Shown: in pieces, positions 38,324 through 48,662 of the stretch
Position numbering within the stretch: the first letter of the stretch is position 1
Layout: each line of letters opens with the position of its first letter
Source: Methanobacteriota archaeon
GTDB taxonomy: Archaea > Thermoplasmatota > E2 > DHVEG-1
NCBI GenBank assembly: GCA_026394495.1
Contig: JAPKYE010000028.1
Location: 6,691-70,690, forward strand
Length of the DNA: 64,000 nt
Direction of reading: 5' to 3'
Program-made: the position numbers and the translations under genes
Notes under the pieces: model-generated
The model's input: the letters and a program-made list of their open reading frames with translations, nothing else
The model's database searches: none
What the model was told of the DNA's origin: nothing

Positions 38324-39337
38324 ATGAAGAGTCTCATCATTGACTACATGCGACTCATGAGGATGCCGGGGATTATCGGCCTAGCCATCACACCAATCGC
38401 CGGGGCTCTCAGCGTCAACAACACATCTCTTGTAGCATTGATCCCCCTGTTTTTTATCGGTGCGATATCAAAAATCTATGGATTTGTCATGAATGATTAT
38501 TTCGATGTCGAGGTAGATAAATTAAGCCCGGATCTCTCTCAAAGAGCGCTTGTGAAAGGTACTATTACAAAAAAACATGCGCTCGCCATCATCGTTAGTT
38601 GTTTTTTTATCGGTTACATAGCGATATTTGTTTTTTTCTTCAAAAACGAGCCTTTTTTCTATATGGGTCTTTTCTGCATTGTAGTAGCAGACATCCTGGG
38701 TTTCATCTATAACAAATACGGAAAACAGTTCATCGGCTCTGATTTTCTTATCGCACTTGCGGAATCGTTGTTTTTCCTCTTCGGAGCACTCATGGTTCTT
38801 CCCAACGGGTCTCTTGGTCTTCTCACATGGATCCTGTTCATAATTCTCTTCAATGAACAACTCTATATGAACGTAATAGTAGGTGGACTAAAAGATGCGG
38901 ATCACGATCCACTCATGAACGTAAAAAACATCGCTCTTGCAAGCGGAGTAAAAGTTGGACCAGAAAACACCTTATCTGTACCTCTAAATTTTAAAATATT
39001 TGGGTTAAGCGAACGCTTCATCTCTTCTTTTCTCGTATTTGTTCCTTTTCTTTTTCTCGGGATCAAATACGAACTCTGGCAAATAGGATTATTGTTAATA
39101 ATTATCGTTTTCCTCATCTCTGAAAGCACATTTATGTTGAGCAGAAAGCGATTTAACAGAAAAGAAATACGAAGACTCATCGGCGCTCAACTAATAACAT
39201 GGCATCCGTTCATGCCAATCATACTTGTCTCAGTTGTTGGCTTCTGGTACCCATTTCTATTAGTTTTTTTAGCTTTGTTTGGATACATTTTCTTTTCATT
39301 ACTGATGGGGCAAAAACTTGATGCCCCAGCAATGTAA
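38324..39337 (+). CDS. UbiA-family prenyltransferase (DGGGP synthase-like) paralog 1
   Basis: Asp-rich motif NDYFDVEVDK; 8-9 TM helices. Confidence 0.7.
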   Translation: MKSLIIDYMRLMRMPGIIGLAITPIAGALSVNNTSLVALIPLFFIGAISKIYGFVMNDYFDVEVDKLSPDLSQRALVKGTITKKHALAIIVSCFFIGYIAIFVFFFKNEPFFYMGLFCIVVADILGFIYNKYGKQFIGSDFLIALAESLFFLFGALMVLPNGSLGLLTWILFIILFNEQLYMNVIVGGLKDADHDPLMNVKNIALASGVKVGPENTLSVPLNFKIFGLSERFISSFLVFVPFLFLGIKYELWQIGLLLIIIVFLISESTFMLSRKRFNRKEIRRLIGAQLITWHPFMPIILVSVVGFWYPFLLVFLALFGYIFFSLLMGQKLDAPAM

Positions 39338-39354
39338 AATAAAATTTGGTTTAG

Positions 39355-39690
39355 TTACGGGGTGATTACTTTTTCTGATTTCATAAGTACCGATGCGATC
39401 TCCTGCATGTCGCTGACCCGCCCAGCTGCAAGTTTTCCCTCAAGCTTATAAAAATCAACACATGTTCCACACGCGATCAGATCCACTCCTGCTTTCCCAA
39501 GAGCATCCAATGCATCGAGCACAGGGGATCCTTTTACCAACAACTGAACCGCAGAGTTATAGAAGATAATGATATCAGGTTTTTTCTCAAGACCCCAAAG
39601 CTTTCGTAAAAAATTCCCCATCATCTTCTCACCTAATTCATCGCTCCCTCTTCCAAAAATTTTACTGTTCAGAATAATAGTGGTTTTCAT
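39355..39690 (-). CDS. DsrE/DsrF-like (TusD-like) sulfur-relay family protein
   Basis: MKTTIILNS…ACGTC conserved Cys region; GAGGTGA RBS supports the Met-17 start. Confidence 0.45.
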   Translation of the reverse strand: MKTTIILNSKIFGRGSDELGEKMMGNFLRKLWGLEKKPDIIIFYNSAVQLLVKGSPVLDALDALGKAGVDLIACGTCVDFYKLEGKLAAGRVSDMQEIASVLMKSEKVITP

Positions 39691-39781
39691 GATATGTATC
39701 ACCTCAAATTGAAAATGATGAATACGTGATTTCCTCAAAAACCTTCTGCCCAGATATACGAAAAAAGAAACGTATTATTTC

Positions 39782-40471
39782 TTATCTCTTTTCAAATAGA
39801 TTTTTGTGATTAGAAATATAATTCATAGTACGAGAAAAACTAGTTCCTTTGTTTCGCTTGATGAATGCATAAATATCCTCAACAGTATCGATATCTGACC
39901 ATTCAGGGAGGATATGCACAGTTTTTTTATTGCGTTTCAGAACGGCTATAGTCTCCTGAAAAACCGCTGACGTACTCCAATGAATACCTTCAAAAAACGT
40001 TGGAGAAAAACCATCTTTTTTACATCCAAACAAATAGTATCCTCCATCGACAGACGGGCCCAGGGCAACATCATTAGTTCTCAATGCCCTTATAGCTTGT
40101 TTGATGAAATAAACCGGTAGATCAGGGGTATCGCTTCCTAGTAAAACAACAGTGTTGAATCCTTCAGCAAACGTTTGTAAAAAACTGTTTTTCATTCGTT
40201 CTCCAAGATCATTGCCTTTCTGCGGAAGATAATGATATTGTTTGCCTAGCCATGCCCTCATTTCATCATATGCTGTTTTGGGGGAAAAACAGATAAAAAA
40301 TGGAAGATGTAGCGATTCAATCAACTTAAGAGAATCCTGAACAAAATTCGTATACAACTCCCTAACCACTGTTTCATCGAGATTTGTTGCAAGACGGGTT
40401 TTTACGTTACCATTTTTTGGGTATTTTACGAAAAGAAGAATGCAGGCATCCTTGATTTCATCCATAATCAC
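39782..40471 (-). CDS. DUF2064/TIGR04282-like glycosyltransferase (partner of radical SAM/Cys-rich proteins)
   Basis: ILLFVKYPKNGNVKTRL…LGERM…VVLLGSDTPDL…DGGYYLFG matches the TIGR04282-type nucleotide-diphospho-sugar transferase fold. Confidence 0.6.
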   Translation of the reverse strand: MIMDEIKDACILLFVKYPKNGNVKTRLATNLDETVVRELYTNFVQDSLKLIESLHLPFFICFSPKTAYDEMRAWLGKQYHYLPQKGNDLGERMKNSFLQTFAEGFNTVVLLGSDTPDLPVYFIKQAIRALRTNDVALGPSVDGGYYLFGCKKDGFSPTFFEGIHWSTSAVFQETIAVLKRNKKTVHILPEWSDIDTVEDIYAFIKRNKGTSFSRTMNYISNHKNLFEKR

Positions 40472-40475
40472 ACAT

Positions 40476-41600
40476 CTATGACGATTTCTTCTGATTTTCT
40501 TTTTCCAATGCTTCCTCGAATAATTTCAGGATATCAATTACTTCAACATCGTTTTTTATTTTTACGAACTCCTCATAACAAGTCAGGCAGTCGCACACCA
40601 TGGTTTTTGCGTGTTGTTTTGCTTCGTTGAGTCGTATCATACGATTTTTTGTATTCGCAGGATCATAGTCTTGATTCCAATGATAACAACACAACGCCTG
40701 ATCACGAATATTCTGCATTTCAACAAGAGTACTAAATCGACTGATAGCCTTGCGAGTGGCATCGTCTCGTTTATACCGCCTCGTCAACCGACACGAATCA
40801 TGAAACGTCACCGCATCCCGTATTTTTAACGCTGGGAATTTCTCAACATGCTGCATCAGATATTCCACAACACTATACACCTCAAATGTACAATGATATC
40901 GTTTTTTTAACCAAAGAAGTGCTTCTAAACACTCCGCACAACCCGTGAGAACAACAGAAGGATTACATCTCTGTATTTTCTCATGCAACGCTTCCATGCA
41001 GTGATCAGCCAAATCAAACTCCCCTTGCAGTAATTGAGGAACACCACAACACGTGGTCAACCCGCCCAACACAACATACGGTGTCCCAACATGATCAAGA
41101 AGGTGTTTCGTCCGCCGTATCGTCTCAAACGAATAGATATAACAACCTGGATAAAACAAAACCGAAGCAGAAGAAGGCATTGTTTCCATATGACGCGCAA
41201 GATCAGGTGCTTTCTGCATTTTCATCGCAACATACAAACCTTGTGCAGTTTGTGCAATCGGACCAAGATCTGGTCCTCTGATCGCAAGATACCGCTTGTA
41301 CCCATACGGCTTCTCCTTGCGAAGTTTATATTTACACACAAGCATCATTTCATCCCGATGCAATCCTTCAGGACATGCGGGAACGCAGCGCCTACATTGA
41401 ACACATGAGAATGTGAAATCTTTAATTTTATCCGGAATATTTGTTTCTGCTTGCGCTGATTTGTTTAAATCCTGAACAGAAAAATCGTGTTTAAAGACAG
41501 GGCACACACTAAGACATTTACTGCATAAAATACAACCAGATAATTCCTCCGCAACCTTTGTGCATATCATTTTTGTAAAAGTTTCTTGTGTTTCTGCCAT
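40476..41600 (-). CDS. HdrD/GlpC-like iron-sulfur protein: two [4Fe-4S] ferredoxin motifs + two CCG domains
   Basis: CILCSKCLSVCP and CVQCRRCVPACP; CCG motifs TTCCGVPQ and ALCCYHW. Confidence 0.65.
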   Translation of the reverse strand: MAETQETFTKMICTKVAEELSGCILCSKCLSVCPVFKHDFSVQDLNKSAQAETNIPDKIKDFTFSCVQCRRCVPACPEGLHRDEMMLVCKYKLRKEKPYGYKRYLAIRGPDLGPIAQTAQGLYVAMKMQKAPDLARHMETMPSSASVLFYPGCYIYSFETIRRTKHLLDHVGTPYVVLGGLTTCCGVPQLLQGEFDLADHCMEALHEKIQRCNPSVVLTGCAECLEALLWLKKRYHCTFEVYSVVEYLMQHVEKFPALKIRDAVTFHDSCRLTRRYKRDDATRKAISRFSTLVEMQNIRDQALCCYHWNQDYDPANTKNRMIRLNEAKQHAKTMVCDCLTCYEEFVKIKNDVEVIDILKLFEEALEKENQKKSS

Positions 41601-41620
41601 AGACGTATGTTCAAAATATC

Positions 41621-42358
41621 TTAATGGTTTAGATTCCTAAATTTTTTCTGAGCTGCAAATACGACGATTCCAAGAAGACATACTGCAGTAATAACCACAC
41701 CAATGGACATCCATGATATTTTTCCAACAAGGACGCTTTCTGTAAAGAGATCACCAAAAACCACGACCAGGATTATCGCCGGGAGCATACATAACCAAGA
41801 CCAAAAAAGATATGTTTTAAATGATACTTTTGTTAATCCAAACGCATAGTTCAACAAATTAAAAGGAAGCAGAAAATTTAAACGCGCGAGAGCAACAATG
41901 AGAGCACCGTGTTTTTCAGTTAAATCATCGAGTTGCTGTAATCGCGTATGGCTGGACAGCCATCGCTCAGCGGAATCGCGAGCGAAATGCCGTGCAATGA
42001 TAAATGCGATGCCTGCTGAAAGAGTTGAGGAGATACTTACAAGAATAATTCCGACTACGCTACCAAAAACAGAACCAGCAATTATTCCGAGAAGTAAACC
42101 AGGTAAGGCAACAACTGTTAGAATGATATAAATCCCAATATATCCCAATGGTGCCCAGAAGCCTAGTGATTGAATCCAGTTTCTGATAGTTAAAAAAAAT
42201 TCTTTTAATTGTACGTTATACATGACACTAAAAATGAGAACAACGATAATGAGCCCAAGTAGAAAAGGAGGTTTCCAGATATCACGAATTGTTTTCTTTT
42301 TTGATTGTTGTACTTCATCATTATGTTGAATTGTCTCTTTCATTATTTTACTCACCAA
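41621..42358 (-). CDS. TVP38/TMEM64 (DedA/SNARE-associated) family membrane protein
   Basis: DedA-type multi-TM protein with conserved GxxxG…P core. Confidence 0.65.
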   Translation of the reverse strand: MVSKIMKETIQHNDEVQQSKKKTIRDIWKPPFLLGLIIVVLIFSVMYNVQLKEFFLTIRNWIQSLGFWAPLGYIGIYIILTVVALPGLLLGIIAGSVFGSVVGIILVSISSTLSAGIAFIIARHFARDSAERWLSSHTRLQQLDDLTEKHGALIVALARLNFLLPFNLLNYAFGLTKVSFKTYLFWSWLCMLPAIILVVVFGDLFTESVLVGKISWMSIGVVITAVCLLGIVVFAAQKKFRNLNH

Positions 42359-42371
42359 AGTTCATAACGTG

Positions 42372-43325
42372 CTAAACGAGTGCTCCACCGCAGGATGATC
42401 CATGACCTGCGGCGCAACCAAAACAATGAGTTCCTGTCACAATTGGTCGTGTAGATAATTTTGCTTGATTAAAATCTTTTATATGTTGTGGAACCTTTGA
42501 TGCAACATGTAGCCCTTGTGCTAGGTTAAAATCGCAATCATAGAGTGTTCCATCCCATCCAATGTTAATCTGATGACGACACATCAGTCCTTCTATTGTT
42601 TCTGGGTTAAACGATGATTTGAGGAGATCACGGTATTGTTTCTCCTGGTTATTTTGCTGCAGATCTTGTAAAAAACGTCCGATTGGCATATTTGTGATCG
42701 TGATCAAACGTGTAAAGTTGATCCCGTACTCCTCACCCAATACCTGATGATATTCCTTCTCGAGTACTAACTGCTCAGGTGGTAATACTGGATTAAGTGA
42801 ATTAAAGACAAGGATAAGTGATAACGAAGAATCTACACCGTATCCGATCGTATTTAACATTTGCAGTGATTTTATACTTTTTTCAAATACCTCTTTACCT
42901 CGTTGTAAACGCACTTCTTCTTCCAGGTAACAGGGTAATGATGCTACGAGTTGAATTTTGTTTGTTTTGAGAAAATTAATGAGTGATTTCATCTCAGGAT
43001 TTTTAAGCAGGGTAAGATTGGTTCTTACTTGTATTTGATGGCCCTGTTTATGTAAAACCTGAATAAATTGTGTTAAACACGGGTGAAGTTCAGGAGCACC
43101 GCCCGTGATATCAATGAAACACTTTGGTAATTGCTTGGTCACCTCAAGAATTGCTTGCATCGTTGACCATTCCATCATCTCAACCCTGGATGGTGACCCC
43201 TGTACATGGCAATGTCTGCATTCTTGATTACAGCGAAATCCGATGTTCACCTGCACGGTTTTTAGTGAATCGCACCGCAGATTTTTTCCGGTGACTTCTT
43301 TGATTTTTTGTTCAAATTCATTCAT
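42372..43325 (-). CDS. Radical SAM/Cys-rich domain protein (TIGR04167, ArsS-like)
   Basis: CNQECRHC (CxxxCxxC) at the N-terminus; C-terminal Cys-rich tail HCFGCAAGHGSSCGG; neighbours are the two glycosyltransferase types that co-occur with this family. Confidence 0.65.
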   Translation of the reverse strand: MNEFEQKIKEVTGKNLRCDSLKTVQVNIGFRCNQECRHCHVQGSPSRVEMMEWSTMQAILEVTKQLPKCFIDITGGAPELHPCLTQFIQVLHKQGHQIQVRTNLTLLKNPEMKSLINFLKTNKIQLVASLPCYLEEEVRLQRGKEVFEKSIKSLQMLNTIGYGVDSSLSLILVFNSLNPVLPPEQLVLEKEYHQVLGEEYGINFTRLITITNMPIGRFLQDLQQNNQEKQYRDLLKSSFNPETIEGLMCRHQINIGWDGTLYDCDFNLAQGLHVASKVPQHIKDFNQAKLSTRPIVTGTHCFGCAAGHGSSCGGALV

Positions 43326-43387
43326 TGTTTGTACCTTTGAAAAACAAGTCTTTCAATCATGGCAACCATTTAAAGATTTCTTTTTCA

Positions 43388-44110
43388 TCATTCTTTTGGA
43401 TACCGATGCCATTTCGTTAATCTCTCTGCAGAAACCCCGCAGCGATAAAGGACGAGTATCAAAATATTCAGCAGAGTTGTATAGAATGTGCCTTGTTTTT
43501 CCCATCTCCTTGGAGATGTAACAACTCGATCAGGAAGAATACAGATTTTTTCTTTTGCTTTTTTGATACGTAACATAAGTTCAAGATCCTCCATCAAAGG
43601 AAGATCCGGGTATCCGCCTAACTGCTCAAAACATGTTTTTCGAAGAAAAATAACTTGGTCCCCATAGGGGATTCGCGTCAGCTGAGATCGAGTGGTTGAT
43701 AAGGCAGCGACAACCTTTGGTAATAATTTTTTTGAGTTGATCGTAAGGGTGAATGCACCGCCAACAAAATTTTTTTGTTTTAACACTTCTTTGATACGTG
43801 CGAGGGCGTTCTGGGGCAGGAACGTGTCTGCATGAAGAAACATAAGAATCTCCCCTTTAGCTATAGCTGCGCCTGCATTCATCTGTTTAGCACGTCCTTT
43901 CATGGTTGTCAGAGTTGTTACAGTTTTATCAGTAAGCGTTTGAATGGTATCTTTCTGAGGGCTTCCGTCAACAACGATGATTTCGTAGGACTCAGTGGTT
44001 TGCGACTGATGAATATGTTCAAGCAGCATATTGATGGTCTCAGATTCATGAAGAACAGGAATAATAATGGAAAAACTACATGATGCTGGTTTTTCTGTTT
44101 TCTTTATCAT
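43388..44110 (-). CDS. Family-2 glycosyltransferase (TIGR04283-like); start at the internal Met (MIKKTEKPAS…)
   Basis: GT2 signature SIIIPVLHE…IIVVDGSPQ…; the table start is over-extended through hydrophobic junk. Confidence 0.65.
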   Translation of the reverse strand: MIKKTEKPASCSFSIIIPVLHESETINMLLEHIHQSQTTESYEIIVVDGSPQKDTIQTLTDKTVTTLTTMKGRAKQMNAGAAIAKGEILMFLHADTFLPQNALARIKEVLKQKNFVGGAFTLTINSKKLLPKVVAALSTTRSQLTRIPYGDQVIFLRKTCFEQLGGYPDLPLMEDLELMLRIKKAKEKICILPDRVVTSPRRWEKQGTFYTTLLNILILVLYRCGVSAERLTKWHRYPKE

Positions 44111-44186
44111 AGTACAATACTGTATACATAAAAGAAATGATAAAATATATGGTATCCGCTTTCCTATTTCTTGTACCGAGATCTTT

Positions 44187-45062
44187 ATGAAAAAAAATAG
44201 ATCAATACTCATAATAAGTTTGCTTTTTATTAGTATACTTATCAGATGTGTTCCGACCGGATTGTGCGAGACTTCAACTGGTTCTATTTTCAATGTAGGT
44301 GGAACCGGCGCAGGAAATTACACGAACATCCAAGATGCGATCAATGTGGCATCTGCTGGAGATACCGTGTTTGTGTTCAACGGTACATATCATGAGAACC
44401 TGATCGTAAACACAAGCATTCAGCTGATTGGCGAAGACAGGAATACTACGATTATTAACGGAAGTAGGAACGGATGCGTAATTATCCTTACTGCAGACCA
44501 GGTGACGATAACTGGATTTACCATCACCTGGGGAGGACTAATGTTTCCCGATGCAGGAATATGTGTTGAATCATCAGATAACACGATTACCAAAAACACA
44601 ATTGTGGAGAATTACTATGGGATGCATATGTCGTATTTCTCAGGAAATACTTTGATTTCTGAGAATTACATTGCAAACAATCATCAATGCGGGATTTATT
44701 TCAGCAGATCTTCAAACAACCGCCTCATCGGAAACACAGTTATGAATCAACCATCGAACGGGTTTGGGCTGTATGAATCCTCAAACAACAACACCATCAT
44801 TGGAAATACCCTAAGCCATAATGGGTTCTGCGGAGTCAACATCCGAGATTCATTTAACAATCATGTCTCCAATAATCAGTTCATCGGCAACAACATTGGT
44901 TTGCATGTGCCGCCACCTGATCATTATACCGCGGTTTGCAGTAACTTTTTTTCAGACAACCACGTTGCCTATGAAGAAGGATATGATGTCTCTGCGTTTT
45001 CTCTGGTGATCGTGATGGCCCTTATTTTCATTGTTTTTATTGTGCTAAAGAAAAAAAGTTGA
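44187..45062 (+). CDS. Secreted right-handed parallel beta-helix (NosD/pectin-lyase-fold) repeat protein with C-terminal TM anchor
   Basis: Signal peptide MKKNRSILIISLLFISIL; repeated N-rich beta-helix rungs; C-terminal hydrophobic anchor + KKKS. Confidence 0.6.
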   Translation: MKKNRSILIISLLFISILIRCVPTGLCETSTGSIFNVGGTGAGNYTNIQDAINVASAGDTVFVFNGTYHENLIVNTSIQLIGEDRNTTIINGSRNGCVIILTADQVTITGFTITWGGLMFPDAGICVESSDNTITKNTIVENYYGMHMSYFSGNTLISENYIANNHQCGIYFSRSSNNRLIGNTVMNQPSNGFGLYESSNNNTIIGNTLSHNGFCGVNIRDSFNNHVSNNQFIGNNIGLHVPPPDHYTAVCSNFFSDNHVAYEEGYDVSAFSLVIVMALIFIVFIVLKKKS

Positions 45063-45080
45063 GTGACTTGCGTCTTCTTT

Positions 45081-45569
45081 CTACAAGTATTTTTTCCAAA
45101 GAAACAGGGTTGCGATGAAAACAATAAATGCAGGGATAATCACGAAAAGCATCGAGAGAAACGCATAAGGGACATACGAGTCAAAGCAAAGGACATACAA
45201 AGGATACAAAAACATCAACGCAGACCCAGCAAGACCAGTATACCACGCATAGGATTTTGAACGGACCATTGCTAGACACGTAAGAATAAGCAATACACCA
45301 GAAATGAACAATACGCCTGCGAGAATAAAAGAGTTCAGAATATATTGCAGGGAATACTTCCACAACACAGCGACGATCGCAATGTTTGCAGTATTGACAA
45401 ACACATACCATGCGATTGCTGCTAACGAAAGATACAACGAATACGCTAATAACTTTTTTTTATCAGTGACAAAAGGGGCATCATCATTGCATTTTAGGCA
45501 TTTCACCATACTATCAAACCCATTCGCTGAGAGATATACTGATAGACTGACATTAATTTTTCCCACCAT
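45081..45569 (-). CDS. Hypothetical polytopic membrane protein
   Basis: 4 predicted TM helices; ORF only. Confidence 0.4.
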   Translation of the reverse strand: MVGKINVSLSVYLSANGFDSMVKCLKCNDDAPFVTDKKKLLAYSLYLSLAAIAWYVFVNTANIAIVAVLWKYSLQYILNSFILAGVLFISGVLLILTCLAMVRSKSYAWYTGLAGSALMFLYPLYVLCFDSYVPYAFLSMLFVIIPAFIVFIATLFLWKKYL

Positions 45570-45710
45570 TGGATTGAAACCAGTAGAACATCAATTACAG
45601 ATCATTATACAGGAGAGAAATATCCTATCTTTTCAGATGGTACGATAGTTTTAAATAAAAAAGGCTTATTATCCCAGAAATAAAAAGAATACATTTGAGG
45701 AGGAAAAAAA

Positions 45711-46271
45711 ATGATTGAATGGATAATTCTTGGAATAATAGGCCTGGCTATCATTGTCTTTGTCCTATGGCTTGTTAGCTTTTATAACAGAATCATCAGA
45801 CTAGAAAACCGAATCGATAACTCATGGGCACAAATCGATGTACAACTGAAACGACGAGCAGACCTCATCCCAAACCTCATGGAATCCGTCAAAGGATATA
45901 TGAACCATGAGCGAGGAACGCTGGAAGGCGTTACGAATGCACGTGCAGCAATCATGAGCGCAAAATCACCACAAGAAGCAAACAACGCAAACAATATGCT
46001 CACCGGCGCATTGAAAACCTTATTTGCAGTCGCTGAAAGTTACCCTGATCTGAAGGCAAACCAGAATTTTTTACAACTTCAAGATGAACTCACACACACC
46101 GAAGATAAAATCTCGTTCGCACGACAACACTTCAACGACTCAGTATTATCCTACAACAACACGATTGAAACGTTCCCGGGAAGTGTCTTTGCGCGACGAA
46201 TGAGCAAAAAAGAAAAACAAATGTTACAAATCCCAGAGGCAAACCGAGAAGTACCAAAAGTAGCCTTCTAA
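45711..46271 (+). CDS. LemA family protein
   Basis: N-terminal TM + LemA conserved core (NRIIRLENRIDNSWAQIDVQLKRRADLIPNL). Confidence 0.8.
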   Translation: MIEWIILGIIGLAIIVFVLWLVSFYNRIIRLENRIDNSWAQIDVQLKRRADLIPNLMESVKGYMNHERGTLEGVTNARAAIMSAKSPQEANNANNMLTGALKTLFAVAESYPDLKANQNFLQLQDELTHTEDKISFARQHFNDSVLSYNNTIETFPGSVFARRMSKKEKQMLQIPEANREVPKVAF

Positions 46272-46302
46272 AAAAATCAAGTAACACCCTGTTTGAGATA
46301 CC

Positions 46303-47205
46303 ATGGACAAACAACTGATGTTAGAAGATCATATACGGAAAAACAAACGAGAGACCGTATTGATCTGCATGTTCATGGTTGCTCTTCTTTTTAGTGCGAT
46401 TTTTGCGATCGGATATATCCTTGGTCTACCCCCTATTTTTGCGATGGCTATCGGGCTTCCCATCTCGCTGCTGTACCTAGGTGTGACCTATTCATTCTCC
46501 GTACAAAGCGTGATCGCTGCAGCAGGTGCACGACCAGCAAACCCACAGGTCCGTGAAGAAAAACTACTCATAAACAAGGTAGAGGAAATGTCTATCGCAG
46601 CAGGGTTACCCATGCCAAAAGTCTATGTTCAAGATTCACGCGATATCAATGCGTTTGCGACCGGGAAAAAACCAGAAGCAGCACTTATCTGTGCAACCAC
46701 TGGCGCATTACATCTCCTGGACTCCGCAGAACTCGAAGGCGTCATTGGTCATGAAATGAGCCATATCCAGAATCGTGATATCCTAGTAGCAACAGTGACG
46801 GTGGCTGTTGTTGGAACCATTGCGCTTCTTGCTGAAATAGCACTTCGATCATTATTATTTGGCGGTGGACGAGGAAACAAAAGAGATGGCGGCGGAGGGC
46901 TTCTTGTCATCATCGCGATTATTTTCATTATTCTTGCTCCGATTTTCTCCCGACTCACATATCTTGCAATCTCGCGGAAAAGAGAGTACCTTGCCGATGC
47001 AAACGGAGCGTATCTGACGAGGAATCCCGAGGGCCTTGCATTAGCATTGACAAAAATAAAAAACGATCTTCCTGATGACCCAAAAGGTTCAAAGACCGTT
47101 GCTTCGCTCTATATTGCGAATCCGTTCAAACGGGAAATACGAAATTCAATATGGTCAACACATCCGCCACTTGATGAACGCATCCGACGACTGCGATCAA
47201 TGTAA
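46303..47205 (+). CDS. htpX: HtpX-like M48 zinc metalloprotease
   Basis: GHEMSHIQNRD (HExxH) within a membrane protein; classic LemA-HtpX pair. Confidence 0.8.
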   Translation: MDKQLMLEDHIRKNKRETVLICMFMVALLFSAIFAIGYILGLPPIFAMAIGLPISLLYLGVTYSFSVQSVIAAAGARPANPQVREEKLLINKVEEMSIAAGLPMPKVYVQDSRDINAFATGKKPEAALICATTGALHLLDSAELEGVIGHEMSHIQNRDILVATVTVAVVGTIALLAEIALRSLLFGGGRGNKRDGGGGLLVIIAIIFIILAPIFSRLTYLAISRKREYLADANGAYLTRNPEGLALALTKIKNDLPDDPKGSKTVASLYIANPFKREIRNSIWSTHPPLDERIRRLRSM

Positions 47206-47213
47206 AAAAAAAT

Positions 47214-48662
47214 TTAAACGTTTTCTAAGATTTTTAACACAAATTTGTAGAATTTCGGTACAGTGCTGATATGCAGTTGTTCCTCTGGCGAATGCGGATA
47301 TTTCAACGTAGGACCAATAGAGATCATATCCATCCCAGGGAATTTTTCGCCGATGATACCGGTTTCAAGCCCCGCATGGATTGCCTCTACCTTTGCATCT
47401 TGGTTGTACATCTCTTTGAAGATTTTTTTAGAAAGCGCAAGAGTCTTTGAACCTAAATTTGGTTTCCATCCAGGATACGGCGTATGCTCTGTCACTTTCG
47501 CACCAGCAAGCAATGCAATTGAATGGATACGGTCACGCATATCCTGCAGCTCGGATTTCACTGGACTTCGAGAACTCATACCCAGTGTTACAGCATTGTC
47601 TTTGAAGGCGATCGTAGCAAGATTAGTCGATGTCTCCACCAAGGTTTTGATATCGTAATTCATTAGATGAACACCATGAGGAAGACCATACAAAAGATTC
47701 AATAGTTTCTCCTGAGATGATGCATCAAGTGTTTTTTCTTGCTTACCAGTATCTTCAACACTGATTTTCAAGTTAGGATCAATAGGTTTTATTTCTTCAA
47801 AAATGTTATGTTCCTCTGCTTTCAGATCAGTGATAAATCTGGTTTTCTCTGTTTTTTTGATCAAGAGTTTCGCATATGCTTCTCGCGGGATCGCATTGTG
47901 TTTATCTCCCCCACTGATTTCTATGATATGAAACTCATGTTGTTTTGATGCTTTCCAAAGGATACGCGCAAGGATTTTTATCGCGTTTCCACGTTGCTCA
48001 TGGATATCAACACCAGAATGCCCACCACGTAAACCCCAGACTTTTACCAACAGTCCTTGCATATCAGAAGGAACAGGCTGCATTTTTACTGGGAGCTCTA
48101 TTTTTGTGTCGCCGCCGCCAGCACAACCAACAGTGATTACACCAAAATCCTCGCTATCAAGATTCAGCAAGATTTTTCCTGCGATAAAATCCGGTTTCAT
48201 AGCAAACGCACCAGTAAGACCGGTTTCTTCATCAATGGTAAACAATGCTTCAATTGGTCCGGTTTTTATTGTTTTATCCTCAAGAATAGCTAGACTAATA
48301 GCTACACCAATACCGTTGTCTGCTCCTAGTGTTGTGCCATCTGCTGTAAGAAGATCTCCTTCGCGTTTCAGTTTTATTGGGTCTTTTGAGAAATCAAAAA
48401 CCGTGTCACTGTTTTTTTCACAGACCATATCCAGATGTCCTTGCAGGATCACGGTTGGTTTGTTTTTCATTTCTGGACTAGCAGGTTTTAAAATAACCAC
48501 GTTGCCCACATCATCGGTTTTCACGGATAAACCCTGTTTTTTCCCAAAATCAACAACGTATTTCCTGATTTTTTCCTCATGTTTTGAACAACGAGGTATT
48601 TTAGTGATTTCTTCAAAATGTTTCCAGACGAGTTTTGGTTCAAGATTTTCAAGAACAGACAT
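47214..48662 (-). CDS. pepD: Aminoacyl-histidine (Xaa-His) dipeptidase, M20C family
   Basis: PepD family (…VILQGHLDMV…); GGAGGA RBS supports the internal Met start. Confidence 0.8.
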   Translation of the reverse strand: MSVLENLEPKLVWKHFEEITKIPRCSKHEEKIRKYVVDFGKKQGLSVKTDDVGNVVILKPASPEMKNKPTVILQGHLDMVCEKNSDTVFDFSKDPIKLKREGDLLTADGTTLGADNGIGVAISLAILEDKTIKTGPIEALFTIDEETGLTGAFAMKPDFIAGKILLNLDSEDFGVITVGCAGGGDTKIELPVKMQPVPSDMQGLLVKVWGLRGGHSGVDIHEQRGNAIKILARILWKASKQHEFHIIEISGGDKHNAIPREAYAKLLIKKTEKTRFITDLKAEEHNIFEEIKPIDPNLKISVEDTGKQEKTLDASSQEKLLNLLYGLPHGVHLMNYDIKTLVETSTNLATIAFKDNAVTLGMSSRSPVKSELQDMRDRIHSIALLAGAKVTEHTPYPGWKPNLGSKTLALSKKIFKEMYNQDAKVEAIHAGLETGIIGEKFPGMDMISIGPTLKYPHSPEEQLHISTVPKFYKFVLKILENV

